This document shows, piece after piece, positions 35,929-48,533 of a stretch of DNA of 64,000 nt. Location of the stretch: positions 118,358,001 through 118,422,000 of the forward strand of contig NC_042997.1 in NCBI RefSeq assembly GCF_006345805.1. The letters are read 5' to 3'. Source of the DNA: Octopus sinensis (taxonomy: Eukaryota). The notes below the pieces were generated by a model that saw nothing but the letters and a program-made list of their open reading frames with translations, was not told where the DNA came from and did not search any database. Each line of letters begins with the position of its first letter. Positions within the stretch are counted from its first letter, which is position 1. The position numbers and the translations under genes were made by a program.

Positions 35929-36790
35929 CACGCTTGTATTAATGAAAATATATTAATAAATACTAGACATTCATTACCTTCTGGAAGAGCCGTTTAGTGA
36001 ATGTAAGAGAAATATATGATGTTAAGAACACACAAATTGATAAAACTCAATTTTTATATCTAAATAGTTGTGTATAAAATGAAAGTGTCAAAAAGTTTCG
36101 TTATATATATATATATGAGGTGAAAAGAGAAAGGAGAGAAGAGAATAAGTGAAAGTGAGAAAAAAGGAGAGAAAGTGGACAAATAAGAGATAAAGGGAAA
36201 AGAGATAAAGCACTGTGAATGTGTATTGATTATGTCAAAGAGAGCGAATATGTGAATATGAGGAATCAATTGGAGAACAAATGAAATAGATATAAAGCAA
36301 AATAAAAATAAATTGTCACATATAAAGTGAGAGAGAGAGATGAGAACAAGAGAGGAAGACAGAGAAATTAAAAGATGGTATGTGGAAAGAAAGTAACCGA
36401 GACAGGAGAAAACGAAAAAAGAACGAAATAACGAAATAAAGAAGACGAAAAATGTTGTAGAGAACGTAAGGGAAATATAGGAAATGAAAGACAAAATTTG
36501 GAGAAAAAAAATGATAGAAAAGTTAAAAACTTAATGAAAATATCTGAAAAAAAAAACAATAAAAATCACTTGGGAAAACGAAGAGAGAAAATCAAAAAAT
36601 AATAAAATATGCTTAGTAAAAGGTACTTTTTTTCTGTTGTAAACTTGAAGTAATTGAAATTGAAGGTAATCAATATTTGTCTGTATCTGTAAGAGTCAGG
36701 TCTGATATTCACACACACACACACACACACAGACACACACTCACTCACACACACATTCACACACACACACACACGCACGCACATATACAC

Positions 36791-36827
<37 letters not shown>

Positions 36828-37299
36828 TTTGTCTTTCATTTGCTCTACGGCTGCATCTTTTCTCTAACCTCTATTTTTGCGCGTGATCAGTGCCTGGTGA
36901 ACGCCCGCACACATACCAACATGTTCACAGACACGCTCATATATATAGTTTTTTAAATATAGATGTTCAATATATGTCAATATATATTTATGATTTACTG
37001 CAAATACTTATGTATTATTGAGCTCAATATATCTACAAATATATACAATAATAAAGTAATTAAAAAATAATGCACTATGCAGCACTTTTAGATAACTCGA
37101 AATGTAATGTAAAGTATATCATTTATTATAAACATACAATTTTAGACTTACAACAAAACAAAAAATAAGCGAGGTTGAGGCTGCACTGAACATTTTATGT
37201 TTCCGTAGGTAGGAAAAGTGAAAAAAAGTTCTGACTAGTTATCTTCAATCGTCATGAAAGGAGAAATAACCAGCCTTCTGTCTATGATGTTAGCATTGT

Positions 37300-37592
37300 G
37301 GAGGCACATGGCCTAGTGGTTAGAACAGCGGACTCGCGGTCAAGGGATCGCAGGTTTGAATCTTAGACAGGGCGATGTGTGTGTTTATGAGTGAAATACC
37401 TAAGCTCCACGCGGCTCCGGCAGAAGGTAATGGTGAACTTCTACTGACTCTTTAGCCACAACTTCCTCTTCACTATTTCCTCCTGCATCTTGCAGCTCAC
37501 CTGCGATGAACCGGCGTCCCGCCCAGGTGAGGAACCTATACGCCAGGGTAAAGGGGAAACCGGTCCTATGAGCCAGGCGTGGCTCGAGAAGG
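37300..37592 (+). mobile_element. SINE family B-type copy
   Basis: A box TGGCCTAGTGG, B box GTTTGAATC; TSD-like GTTAGCAT on both sides. Confidence 0.85.
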
Positions 37593-37732
37593 AATGAAGT
37601 TAGCATATACTTATTTAGAAAGCAGACTAACTAAAAGATATCTAAATGAGACATCTGATTTTCATAACGATGAAAGCATCGACAACTAATGAATATATAT
37701 ATCTTAATTAATGTTATCGCGTATCATTAATA

Positions 37733-37935
37733 GCGGCGGACTGACAATTGCTGATACGCCGGGACGAAGGGATTAGTAGTATTTCGTCTGTCTTTGTGTT
37801 CTGAGTTCAAATTCTGTCGGGGTTTCATCTTTCGGACTAAATAAAATTAACAGTACTTGAACCCTGGGGTCGATATTATCGACTTAATCCCTCAATAGAA
37901 ATCGCTGGCCTTGTGCTAAAATATGAAACCAGTAC
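37733..37935 (+). mobile_element. Degenerate SINE family C
   Basis: TATTTCGTCTGTCTTTGTGTTCTGAGTTCAAATTC...CTGGGGTCGATATTATCGACT. Confidence 0.7.
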
Positions 37936-38317
37936 TGTGTATCATTGATAGATTAACTATAATTGTCGGCGCATACGATGTTTGGTACAAAGTAGTCACA
38001 GAAGATAACTGTATCTTAACTTGTATACTCTATAAATTATTATAACTTATTAATCATACGACAGACAAAGAAAGACCCAACAAAACTCAAAAAACAAAAA
38101 GCAAACGGATACTCCTTCTCTGATGAAGAGATAACAAGACTAGAAACTAGCCAAACAGTCTCCAATTTTCTACCATGGAGACATAAATAACGATGTTAAA
38201 AACCATTTTGTTTACTTTTCTCGGCAAGGTTAAAGTTTTACATTTATCAAAGACGTATCATCTTATAATAAATTTCAGATAATAATGTATTTTATACAAA
38301 CAAACTTACACACACAC

Positions 38318-38378
<61 letters not shown>

Positions 38379-38825
38379 TACACACACATACACATACACA
38401 CATGTGTATTAACTTACCCAAACGCAAATATGTGTGATCTGTGCTAACGCTTAGGTATTTGCGCCTGTGTATATATGTACATATATATACATAGACAATG
38501 CCATATTCTATGAAATATGTGTGTGTGTATGTATGTGTGTGTGTGCATGTGTATGTATTAGCATGGCTTAATTTTGAAGAAGATTCCGTCGTGGCCACTT
38601 CTGATATCTTGAACAAGTGTAATTTACCTCCGTTTTCAGCCAAACACAATGAATGTTACAGGGCAAGCGAAATCTGTTTGGAGGCCCGGAAGGCATATAA
38701 TAACTGAAATTCAAAGGCCCAATTAGCCATGTCATGTCATTATCAATCTATTAAATTAAGCGGTTGCATGACTGAACGGTGAAATCGTTTAGAAGCTCAT
38801 TCAATGAACAACAAATTCATTAGTA

Positions 38826-39152
38826 AAGGCACATAGCTTAGTGGTTAGGGTATTCGGATCCCGATCGCAAGGATGTGAGTTCGATTCCCGGCGGCGAGCT
38901 GTGTCCTTGAGTAAGACATTTTATTTCCCGGTGCTCCAGTCCACTCAGCTAACAAAAATCAGTAGTATCTGAAAGTCGAAGGGCCAGCCTTATTACATTC
39001 TTCTTCACGTTGAATCTCCCCGAGAACCATGTTAAGGGTACACGTGTGTGTGTGTGTGTGGAGTACTCAACCACTTTCACGTTAATTTTACGAGCAGGCT
39101 GTTCCGCTGTTCGGATCAACTGGAACCCTCGTCGCCGCAACCGAAGGACTGC
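38826..39152 (+). mobile_element. SINE family D (tRNA head, GCTCCAGTCCACTCAGCT central domain)
   Basis: TAGCTTAGTGG and GAGTTCGATTCCC boxes. A related tail occurs at 53870-54060. Confidence 0.75.
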
Positions 39153-39360
39153 CGGTTAAATTAATTCATCGAGTATGCGACTACTCATCGTCGAAGCAAA
39201 CGGAGATCCATTTTACCTTTTACTTACACACCCATATATTTATTCATATTTCTGTGTGTACAACATACCATGTGCTCACACACAGACATACACCCACATG
39301 TATATATATACATATCTGTCTCTCGATTAATACACACACACGCAGACACACACACACACG

Positions 39361-39410
<50 letters not shown>

Positions 39411-39485
39411 CATACACATAGATGCTGGTTTAATCATAAATCGACACCCACCCACCCATTTACGCACTCTCTCTCTCTCTCTCTT

Positions 39486-39562
<77 letters not shown>

Positions 39563-39984
39563 AACACACACACACATATTCATACACACAAACACATACA
39601 TCGATCTATGAATAAATTCATTTCATCATTTCATCTATCTAAGAATTCTGAATATAAAAAAAAATACCCCTACCCTGGCAGCTGCCACGCACATATACAT
39701 AAAGTTTTTGAAAAGATTGCAGAAAAGCAGAACATTTTTAAAAGAATTGATTTGGCAAAATGCCATTCGATTTAATATCATTAAAAGAACAGACTAAGGC
39801 AGATTTTCTTCCATTCTGACGATTGTTTTTGTAAAGTTCATTGATTCGCGGATCTTCATAACGTCTTGAATGTTAACAAACAACCGAATTTTCTTCAAGT
39901 AAACTTAATTGAACTGCAACGTCAGATTTCATTATTAAGACCCTTGTTCATATTTTTCGATTGATATTCGTATTTCGGTGAGGT

Positions 39985-40190
39985 TGTGGATTGGTGGAAG
40001 CGTTAAAGCGTTGCACAAAGAGCATTGCGGTATTTAATTATGGTAGTTTGCATTCTGAGGTCGAATCCTGCTGAGGTCAATTTTGCCTTTCATCCTTACC
40101 GAGTCGATAAAATAAATTACCCGTCAAGTACTTGGGCGAATTTAATCGACTATATAAGCCTCGATTTGTGATCTTGTCAGAAATCGATAT
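39985..40190 (+). mobile_element. Degenerate SINE family C
   Basis: CATTCTGAGGTCGAATCCTGCTGAGGTCAATTTTGCCTTTCATCC...GTCGATAAAAT. Confidence 0.65.
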
Positions 40191-40367
40191 TGGTAGTTCG
40201 GCGAATACTCTCCACGCTAGTGTGGTGAGCATGCTCGCTTTGCAACCACGTGACTTCTACTTCATTCCCACTGCCGTTGCAAACTTGGCATGTCTCTGCT
40301 ACTACAACCCGGGGCTGACAAAAGTCTTGTGAGTGAATTTTTGAGACGGAAGTTGGGTAGAAACATG

Positions 40368-40415
<48 letters not shown>

Positions 40416-40457
40416 TACATTATATAATTAGGGCTTAGTAAAATAAATTACTTTGCC

Positions 40458-40564
40458 ACATACTGAACTTTCTAGAAATTAGTAGTTAAATGGTCCTTCT
40501 AGAAATTAGTAGTTAAATGGTCCTTTAGAAATTAGTAGTTAAATGGTCCTTTTACATACTGAAC
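40458..40564. repeat. Three tandem 26-27-bp units flanked by an 11-bp direct repeat
   Basis: TAGAAATTAGTAGTTAAATGGTCCT x3 (40473-40550); ACATACTGAAC at 40458-40468 and 40554-40564. Confidence 0.9.
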
Positions 40565-40639
40565 ATTACTTGGTGAAATTGATTAATAACTAATTAATTT
40601 TACCCTCAATTGTATATATATATATATATATATATATAC

Positions 40640-40846
40640 GAGCAATTTTAGAAACAAAACCACCTTCAACTCAATCAACACTGAAAGGTTATATACCCGA
40701 TCACTCCATACAGAGTGGTCGGGTATAAAACCTCAGAATAGATATAGTTAGTATAAGATTTAATTTTTAACATTTTATGGAGTGGTCGGGTACAAAACCT
40801 TTCAGTGTTGATTGAGTTGAAGGTGGCTGTGTCTCTAAAATTACTC
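40640..40846. mobile_element. MITE with ~71-bp TIRs and an internal partial third arm
   Basis: 40640-40710 versus 40776-40846; GAGTGGTCGGGTATAAAACCT repeated at 40713-40733. Confidence 0.85.
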
Positions 40847-41895
40847 TTATATATATCTATTTAAATATCTGTGTGTGTGTGTCTCATCAACGGCTTGCTA
40901 ATCTACGTTTCCGTAGCTTAGCAGTTCGCTTGAGGGACATAAAACAAGTACTATACATAAAAAGTAAGTACTGGGGTTGAATTGTTCCACTAAATCCTTG
41001 AAGACGGTGCTCCAGCATGGGCGCAGTCCTGTGACCGAAACAAGTAAGAGACAATCGATAAATGATACTGATGGACAACTATTAAGTTTTCATTTTAAAC
41101 ACTGTAAATAATATTAAACCTTAAAATCACAGAGCTGGCTCAGCTGAAATAAAAATAAAATGAATGGCGTAACGCGTATCGACAGTTCGACATGTTAAAA
41201 AAAACTTCGAACGGAATGTTCAGAACTTGAATAGTTTTGCTATACCCTGTGGAGTCGGTGCTATGGTCTGTCTGTCTCAAACCACTAATGTTAACGATAT
41301 TAGTAGCATCTGACACAAATAGAAGCAGTTTGGGAATTTTGTTTTTTCACTAATTTTAGCTTTTTACGTAAGATTCACAGTTACAATTGATAATAAACAC
41401 GATACAAGTCTCTTACATTGATTTTCCTATTTCGGTAACATACATCGTTACATTTTGATAATGGCTACTCATCACTTTGTTTAATTATTGTTGAGAGTTT
41501 ACATTTTTGACCAGGAACAGATGAAAGGTAAAGTTATCCTGAGAACTGAAATGTAAACTCATAGCGTAGAATGAGATGAAATGTTTAGTATAGTCTGCAT
41601 TTAGTTTAACTAATTCCTGAGAATTCAACGATCTCCACGTTAACACAATAATCATTGTATCACGGGAATTCTGGATATAAGTTTGGAGATAAACTATATC
41701 AGTTAGAGAAGAGATATAACCGACAATCAAACAGAGGTTATGAATTGTTTGCAATTCATAGCTGACCTCGATCACCTTCAGCTAAGTACTCGAAGAAATG
41801 ATTCTACTTGCAAAATATACCTCAAATAATATCCTTTAGATTTCGTTTTTGGATTTGCTTTGCAAGATTCTTTATGTGAGTTCGTGAGTTGAAGC

Positions 41896-42091
41896 ATATT
41901 CTGTTGTGTCTGGGGAGAGTCATTTTCTTTTTGTGCCTTATAATTTAACACACTCACCAGTAAAGACTATTGAAAATGTTGCAAGACGCAACGGAAATTT
42001 TAGGAAAATAAAAATAAGAAATAAGTGGAAATTTTACCGGTGAGTGTGTTAAATCATAAGAAAATGACTCTTCCCAGGCACAAAAGAATAT
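41896..42091. mobile_element. MITE with ~60-70-bp TIRs and TA/ATAT ends (Tc1/mariner-like by inference)
   Basis: ATATTCTGTTGTGTCTGGGGAGAGTCATTTTC...CACACTCACCAGTAAA versus TTTACCGGTGAGTGTG...GAAAATGACTCTTCCCAGGCACAAAAGAATAT; second copy at 24400-24537. Confidence 0.88.
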
Positions 42092-43931
42092 TCTTTAGCT
42101 TTGTATGAAAGAAGTGCATACAAAATGTGAAGGCGCGGAGTCTAGTGGTAAATAAGTTCGGTTTATGATTAGAAAGTTATGAGTTTATACTTCGGACTGG
42201 GTTACGCATTGTGTCGATTCTGGTCAGCTAAATGTTGGAGTCATTCTCTCACCCCAGATTCTATATTCTGGGTGTGCCACTGGGTCAACGGTGAAGAGGG
42301 TGAAATAGTGTCTATATTTGCTGGTGACTACATATGTATAAAAAAGAAATGAGTGAAGTTAAGTTACATATTACCAAGTCATACTGGTTCTCGAATGTGC
42401 GTTGACTGTGTATATTTGCAATTATAGTTCTAGATACAGTATTTCTAAAAACAGTTGTTACTGGAAGGTTTTGATCATTGGAATGACTCGATTGATCGCA
42501 GCTCTTTGGATACTGGCAATTTGCCATGGCTGTGTGGGTATTCAGCGTTATTTTAATGGTGAAAGTTCTTTTTGGTACTGGAGGCAACCTACACACAAAG
42601 ACACATTCACTCAAATACGTGCATACGCGCGCAGAAATATATATATGCAGAGAAAGAGAGGGAGAGAGTGCGAGAGAAAGAATGAGAGAGGCAGAGAGAG
42701 AAGGGAGAGGGAGATAAGGAGAGAGAGGTAGAGTGAGAAAGAGGGAGAAAAGGAGAGAGAGGTAGCGAGAAGGGAGAAAAAGAGAGGAGATATTACACAT
42801 AAGTAATTGGTACAAATGAACAAAAAGAAAAGGTGAGAAACCGAGGAAAGGGAGGACATGAGAAACATTAAAACAAAAGAAATATTGAAACGTCTGATGT
42901 TGAATCTTATCAATCTATGAATGTAAAGGCAAATGCTACCTGTTTTCACTACCTAAGTGGCTACGTACAAAACCCTATCAACTGCCCCTCTTATAACTAA
43001 TTTACTAATTTAACTCCCGCTTATACTAAACACCCTAATGTTACAAAACAAGTCTACACATTTGTTAGAGGAGAGACAAAAATCGATTGAAATAACCTCA
43101 TTATATGACTGGTACATATTCTGTTCTCCATAGAGACAGTAAAAGTAAAACTTGTCCCAATGTAAAGGAAACAATCTCAAGAGTCTGATATATTTTTAAT
43201 CATGAATTCACTATCGTTGAACTTGTTGCAGGTCGGACCAGCGTGTATCTATAAATTAATGTCCGAACATTGAAGAATGACTGTATAGCATAGCCTTTCT
43301 ACAAACCACAGCGTAATTCTAGAAAATGTCCAAAATGTTCATGTTATAATGTAGGAGTATTATTTCCTCTATAGCCAGAAATAATAGTTTTGCAATATTT
43401 GAAATTGTAAAATAACTTTTCACTTTAAAGACGATCTTAATGATGATGGTTTATAATGGTCATAAGATATTCAAGAAATATTAATGAACTTTACCATATT
43501 AAAACTTATTAGTTAATTAAGTCTGAAATAGACTGTCGTGAAAGAAAAGAAAATGGCTACAGATTGAATACATTGGTCAGGTCTACTGGATGAGACGAGA
43601 CCTGATAAGGCTTGAAGAAACTGAACAAACTGTATGCAAATATGCTTTTTGCAGAGTCGAGTAGATAAAAATCAGAGTGAGATCATCGGGGCCATTTAGT
43701 TAGTATAGTAACTCGACCAGTGAAATGGTCAAGCTCTCCAAAGGTCTTCGGAATGGAATAAAATATAAATGCTGTATAATTATATATTACGTTTGTTATT
43801 TGGACTATGGTTTTCCAGTTCTATGCTATACTATAATATACAATACTATACGGTACTATACAATCTATATATATATATATATAACAAATGAGAGAGAGAG
43901 AGGGAAAATGGAATTTACGAGATTCAGTATT

Positions 43932-44039
43932 AATCACAACGATCGTTTCGACCCATCTTGCATTGGTCCCTCGTGGCTGAGATGCTATACAGCTGTTTGT
44001 GGTGCATCCTTCGGTGCAGATATGTTTCGTCAGGTGACT
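43932..44039 (-). ncRNA. Type I hammerhead ribozyme motif with long stem II
   Basis: Minus strand: AGTCAC CTGACGA AAC-AT-ATCT-GCA...TGC-A-AGAT-GG-GTC GAAA C GATC GTT GTGATT. 6-bp stem I, palindrome ACGATCGT, GUU site, A10.1.C11.1 mismatch. Confidence 0.7.
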
Positions 44040-44112
44040 TTTCAAAAGCTCAGTGCACTCAGTTTTACTTGATTTGTCTGAATCCGGTTAACAACAGGTT
44101 CAGGAGTTTGGA

Positions 44113-44192
<80 letters not shown>

Positions 44193-44215
44193 ATCTGTCT
44201 GTCTGTCTATCTACC

Positions 44216-44295
<80 letters not shown>

Positions 44296-44328
44296 GTATA
44301 TATATATATGTATATATGTATATAAATG

Positions 44329-44377
<49 letters not shown>

Positions 44378-45399
44378 ACGAATAACAAGGGAACAAGAAT
44401 TATGTAATCGACTACATTATCTCACAGCTAATGTTCTGAGAGTGCTTCTATACACTCTATAGCTTGTTTGTTATCACTAATATATATATATATATATATG
44501 GATATATATATATATATATATGCACGCGCTCTCTAACTCTCATACTCAAATAAGTACATATATACATAGGCTCAAGAATCTAAATATATGCTTACGAAAT
44601 GTTGCACTTCAATGCCGGGGAGTGTACTTGTCAATTAGTTGGTGGTTACCTACTCTTCCACACTGCTGCCCAGATTAAAACTTGTCTTGCAAGGAAATTG
44701 TCCTGGAGTAATAAGTCTTCCACAATATAAATATGAATCTTCGCACCATCCACACACACACACAAAAAAGAAAGAAACTGAAAAAAACAAAAATCCCCAC
44801 AAACAACACATGAATATGAATATCTGTTTAAAGTGCTATAGATACTAGAGATGAGATGTGAAGGTGAAGTAATGGAGGTTATTGCCAACATCAAATATCT
44901 AACATCTTTACGGTTATTTATTCATCTAACCTATTGAATATATGAATACGACGCTATTGTTATTAATGAAAGGAACGGGATGGTTGGTGCATACTGTCTA
45001 ATTCTGTCATTAAAAGATAAACAATATGGCCTCTTTAACAGTAAATATATTTAAAGCCATTCAGCTATTATCCTTTCGACGCCTTATCTTTCTCCTTTAC
45101 AATTTATATAGTGGAATAATGGAACAACATGAATATTGATTCGGTCATGTTATTTCATGTTGATTCATGTTATTTTTATACTTTTACATTATTATACTTA
45201 ATTTTTTTTTATATCCAGAATAACGAACAAACATGAATTAATATTCACTTCAGTGAATATACATGTATGCAATCAGACGCACGCATGGTTACACACACAT
45301 ACAGCGACGCATACGTATATATGATGTCCATATGTATACTTTCATATCTATACGCATGCATACATATAGAAATATACAGACATCCATGTATATATATAT

Positions 45400-45468
<69 letters not shown>

Positions 45469-45719
45469 TATATATATATATTCATATGCATTTGCAGTAT
45501 ATACATAAACAAAGGTGTATACATATATAGACATACATATGTACATATATACGTATATACACACACACATACATATATGTATGTATGCATATGTGTATGT
45601 GTATATATATATATACATGCTTACACATGTATACACATATATGTATATAGGCATTTGTAAATATGCGGGAACACCATTTCTTCTAGTCATGCTATATTAA
45701 AAACATGACTGTGTTGTAG

Positions 45720-46880
45720 TTTTATGTTTTTCGGTTCGGTAATGTTTCCATATTTTATGCAATGAATTCGTACTTGGAAATATTAACTTTCTTAAATTTC
45801 TCATTGAAGTTTCAAGCTCCTCATAATCTCCTGTTCAACTTTAAGTGATGTTGAACTGTTTTCCTGCCTTTTCGTTGGCAAGGATTGCTGAAGACAGAAC
45901 CGCAGGAATTTAAATTAACTATCGGACATTTATTGCCTTTGTGCCTATATTAATTTTATTATTGTGCTCTTACTGCGATTATTACTACCATCATTAACTA
46001 CATTGTCTGTAGGTGAATTTTGCAGTGCGTTTGTGTGTTTCCTGTAATTTTTCTGTGTTTAAATTTGTGCGGTATTGCGTTACTAATTTTTCGGGCATTC
46101 ATTCTCTGCAGTGTACATTGTGAGCTCATCCATGTACAAAAGATGGTTGATTATGTGCATAACATTTGTAACTAAATCAAATGCTGTTTAGTATGTAGAC
46201 TAAATGTGTTAATACCAGATGGAAAAGGAGCGGAAGGAGAAATTTCCTATATAAAGTATATATTTCTTTGATAATGTTGTTAGTTTACTGCTTTTCACTT
46301 TTGTCAGTGTCACATGATTATTTGCTAGTTAACCAGGACACATTTAATGTATCTTCCCTTTAATGATGCTGGCTGAATTATAGAAATATATTTCCAGAAT
46401 CCACGCGTGAAGTGTCATAATCCTTCTGGTAATCAATCCATTCCGAATTCAGACCCCTTTCTTCTCGTGCAGTCGACTGTGTCATGATTGATCAGTAATT
46501 GATCGTTCCAGCCATGTGACCCTTTGTAGCATCCTTTGAATTCTAGTGCCATTGTTTTTTCTATAAATGTATTTACTTTTTCCGATATTATGGCAATAAC
46601 ATTTTTGTGGAGTATAAAATCAAGGGCATGCAATTTTCTGAAGCGGGTTTAAATTTCAGGAAGTCAGTCACAAGTCGTCTCTGTCTCTGTTAGTCTCTTA
46701 TTAAACAGTTCTTGTAGAATATCATGTGTTCCTGATAGCTATTCTAATAAGCAATTTGGAATCTTAGTACAGCATACCTTTCTGGGAGGATTTGAGAGAC
46801 TTCTAATATTCATGTTTCGCAGTAGAGTTCAGATATTGGGCTCATAGTTTTGCTCTAAACTATATATTTTGACTCTCTGG
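45720..46880 (-). mobile_element. Decayed R4/Dong-like RT fragment
   Basis: EFKGCYKGSHGWNDQLLIN, PLLFHLVLTHLVYILN, INHLLYMDEL (YMDD-type catalytic motif). Confidence 0.85.
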
Positions 46881-46921
46881 CTACACGAAAACCCTTCCCA
46901 AATTCAACATCTATATTATTT

Positions 46922-47300
46922 TTATTAAGTCGGCCTTAGCGAAGGCGAGGGTATTGTTTTCAGTCGTGTTTATTTGTTTGTTTGTTCGTTGACAAGATAT
47001 CTCAAGAACCGCTGGATGGATTCGGATGAAGCTTTCAGGGATATTTAGCTTCATGACTGGCACAAACTGATTAGATTTTGGAATCGATCCGGTACCGGAC
47101 AAGGATTCTGGATTATTTTTCCGTATATTTTATTTAAACTTTGAGAACGATCGGGTTCATTTTTAGTATTCTCGTTTCTGAGAGCAGTGGAGCTTATTTC
47201 AGATATTGTCATTTTAAATATCATTACCGGCTAATCGTTGACAGTACGTTAATGTTGCCTTAGCGGAGGTTCGCGCTGTCTGAGTGCTCTTGCTTTTATT
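46922..47300 (+). mobile_element. Helentron-associated non-autonomous element (HINE/DINE-1-like)
   Basis: 5' hairpin GCCTT-AGCG-AAGGC, (GTTT)n, AACCGCTGGATGGATTCGGATGAAGCTT core, 3' CCTTAGCGGAGGT sub-terminal repeat, then GCGCTGTCTGAGTGC hairpin; T-run flanks. Confidence 0.7.
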
Positions 47301-47798
47301 AAAATTATTTGGCATTACAATAGAAACGTGTTCGTTCTTCCTATATCTAATTTCCGTTTTATGTAGTGACAATTTTCGTGTGATATAGCAAGGATCTTTT
47401 CACGCAGTCTTTCCTTTCTAAAACTCCTTTTTATGATGTATCATATTTCTCCACTACTTTATTTGTATCATTTCTATATTGATTTCTCTAAAAAGGGATC
47501 TTTTCCCATACGTTATACATTTTCTTTATATTTGTTTTCCTTGTGGTTTCGGTATATTTTACAATGGCATATGAGTAGATCTTACAGAATACTCACTTTC
47601 CTTTGTAATGACATTTGCATTCCATATGCCATTTTGGTTAACGTGGTTATACCATTGTTCGAGTCCGTTTTCTTTAAATCTGCTGCATCAAGCTTCTAGA
47701 GTGATTCTGTTGTTATTCTTGGGAAGATATCCGGACTGGTCCTCAGGAAGGTTTACTATATATCTTTGTGATTGTCATAGATTTGCTATTCATAGTAC

Positions 47799-48111
47799 CT
47801 TCTTCTTCTTCTTCTTCTTCTTCTTCTTCTTCTTCTTCTTCTTCTTCTTCTTCTCCTTCTTCCTCTCCTTCTTCTTCTTCTTCTTCTCCTTCTTCCTCTC
47901 CTTCTTCTTCTTCTTCTTCTTCTTCTTCTTCTTCTTCTTCTTCTTCTCCTTCTTCTTCTTCTTCTTCTTCTTCTTCATATTCGTTTTCTTCTTCTTCTTT
48001 TTCTTCTTCCATTTCTTCTTCTTCTTTTTCTTCTTCTTCTTTTCTTCTTCTTCTTCTCTTCTTCTTCTTCTTCTTCTCTTCTTCTTCTTCTTCTTCTTAT
48101 TATTATTATTA

Positions 48112-48152
<41 letters not shown>

Positions 48153-48155
48153 TTT
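47799..48155. repeat. (TTC)n to (TTA)n array ending at CGTAACACAGTGTA
   Basis: Direct inspection; the 14-mer at 48156-48169 equals 21431-21444. Confidence 0.92.
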
Positions 48156-48354
48156 CGTAACACAGTGTAGTGTACTATTATCATTCAGGCAGTGATCTGT
48201 CAGAATCACGCTACAAACATATACTTTTCTCCTATCCTCTTACACATCCCCTTCATACATTAATTTCCATTCCACACAGCATCATCTATCTCTAACAGTT
48301 AACTCGCAAAAGCCTATGTGAATTCTAAACAGGAAAAGAATAAATCCGAGTAAA

Positions 48355-48407
48355 GCACAGTCTGACGAAGGCCGAGGCAATCCGATACTTTGAAGACAAA
48401 GTCAGCC
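48355..48407 (+). ncRNA. Decayed hammerhead motif
   Basis: CTGACGA(48362-48368) A GG..CC GATA (for GAAA), perfect stem III ACTTTG/CAAAGT, GUC site; stem I mostly lost. Confidence 0.5.
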
Positions 48408-48490
48408 TTTTTCCTGTAGAAGTTGAACAAAGACTATAAAGCATTGATACATCCTTCAGTGTAATGTCAGATTGTTTATCTATATGTACG

Positions 48491-48533
<43 letters not shown>

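Larger units (their letters stand above)
40195..41050 (+). mobile_element. Degenerate SINE family A (head 40195-40378, tail 40868-41050) with nested inserts
   Basis: CAACCACGTG and TTGTGAGTGAATTTTTGAGACGGAAG head; GGTGCTCCAGCATGGGCGCAGTC...GAAACAAGTAAGA tail. Confidence 0.65.

Noticed and set aside
38116-38156. CTGATGA-AGAG...CTA-GAAAC-TA-GCC
   Set aside because: Needs changes at 11.1 and 16.1 and has no stem I; counted only as a weak remnant.
39811-39905. CTGACGA with a long stem-II-like hairpin and ACTT/AAGT-like stem III
   Set aside because: GAAA is disrupted and stem I is only 2 bp; not supportable without a family consensus.
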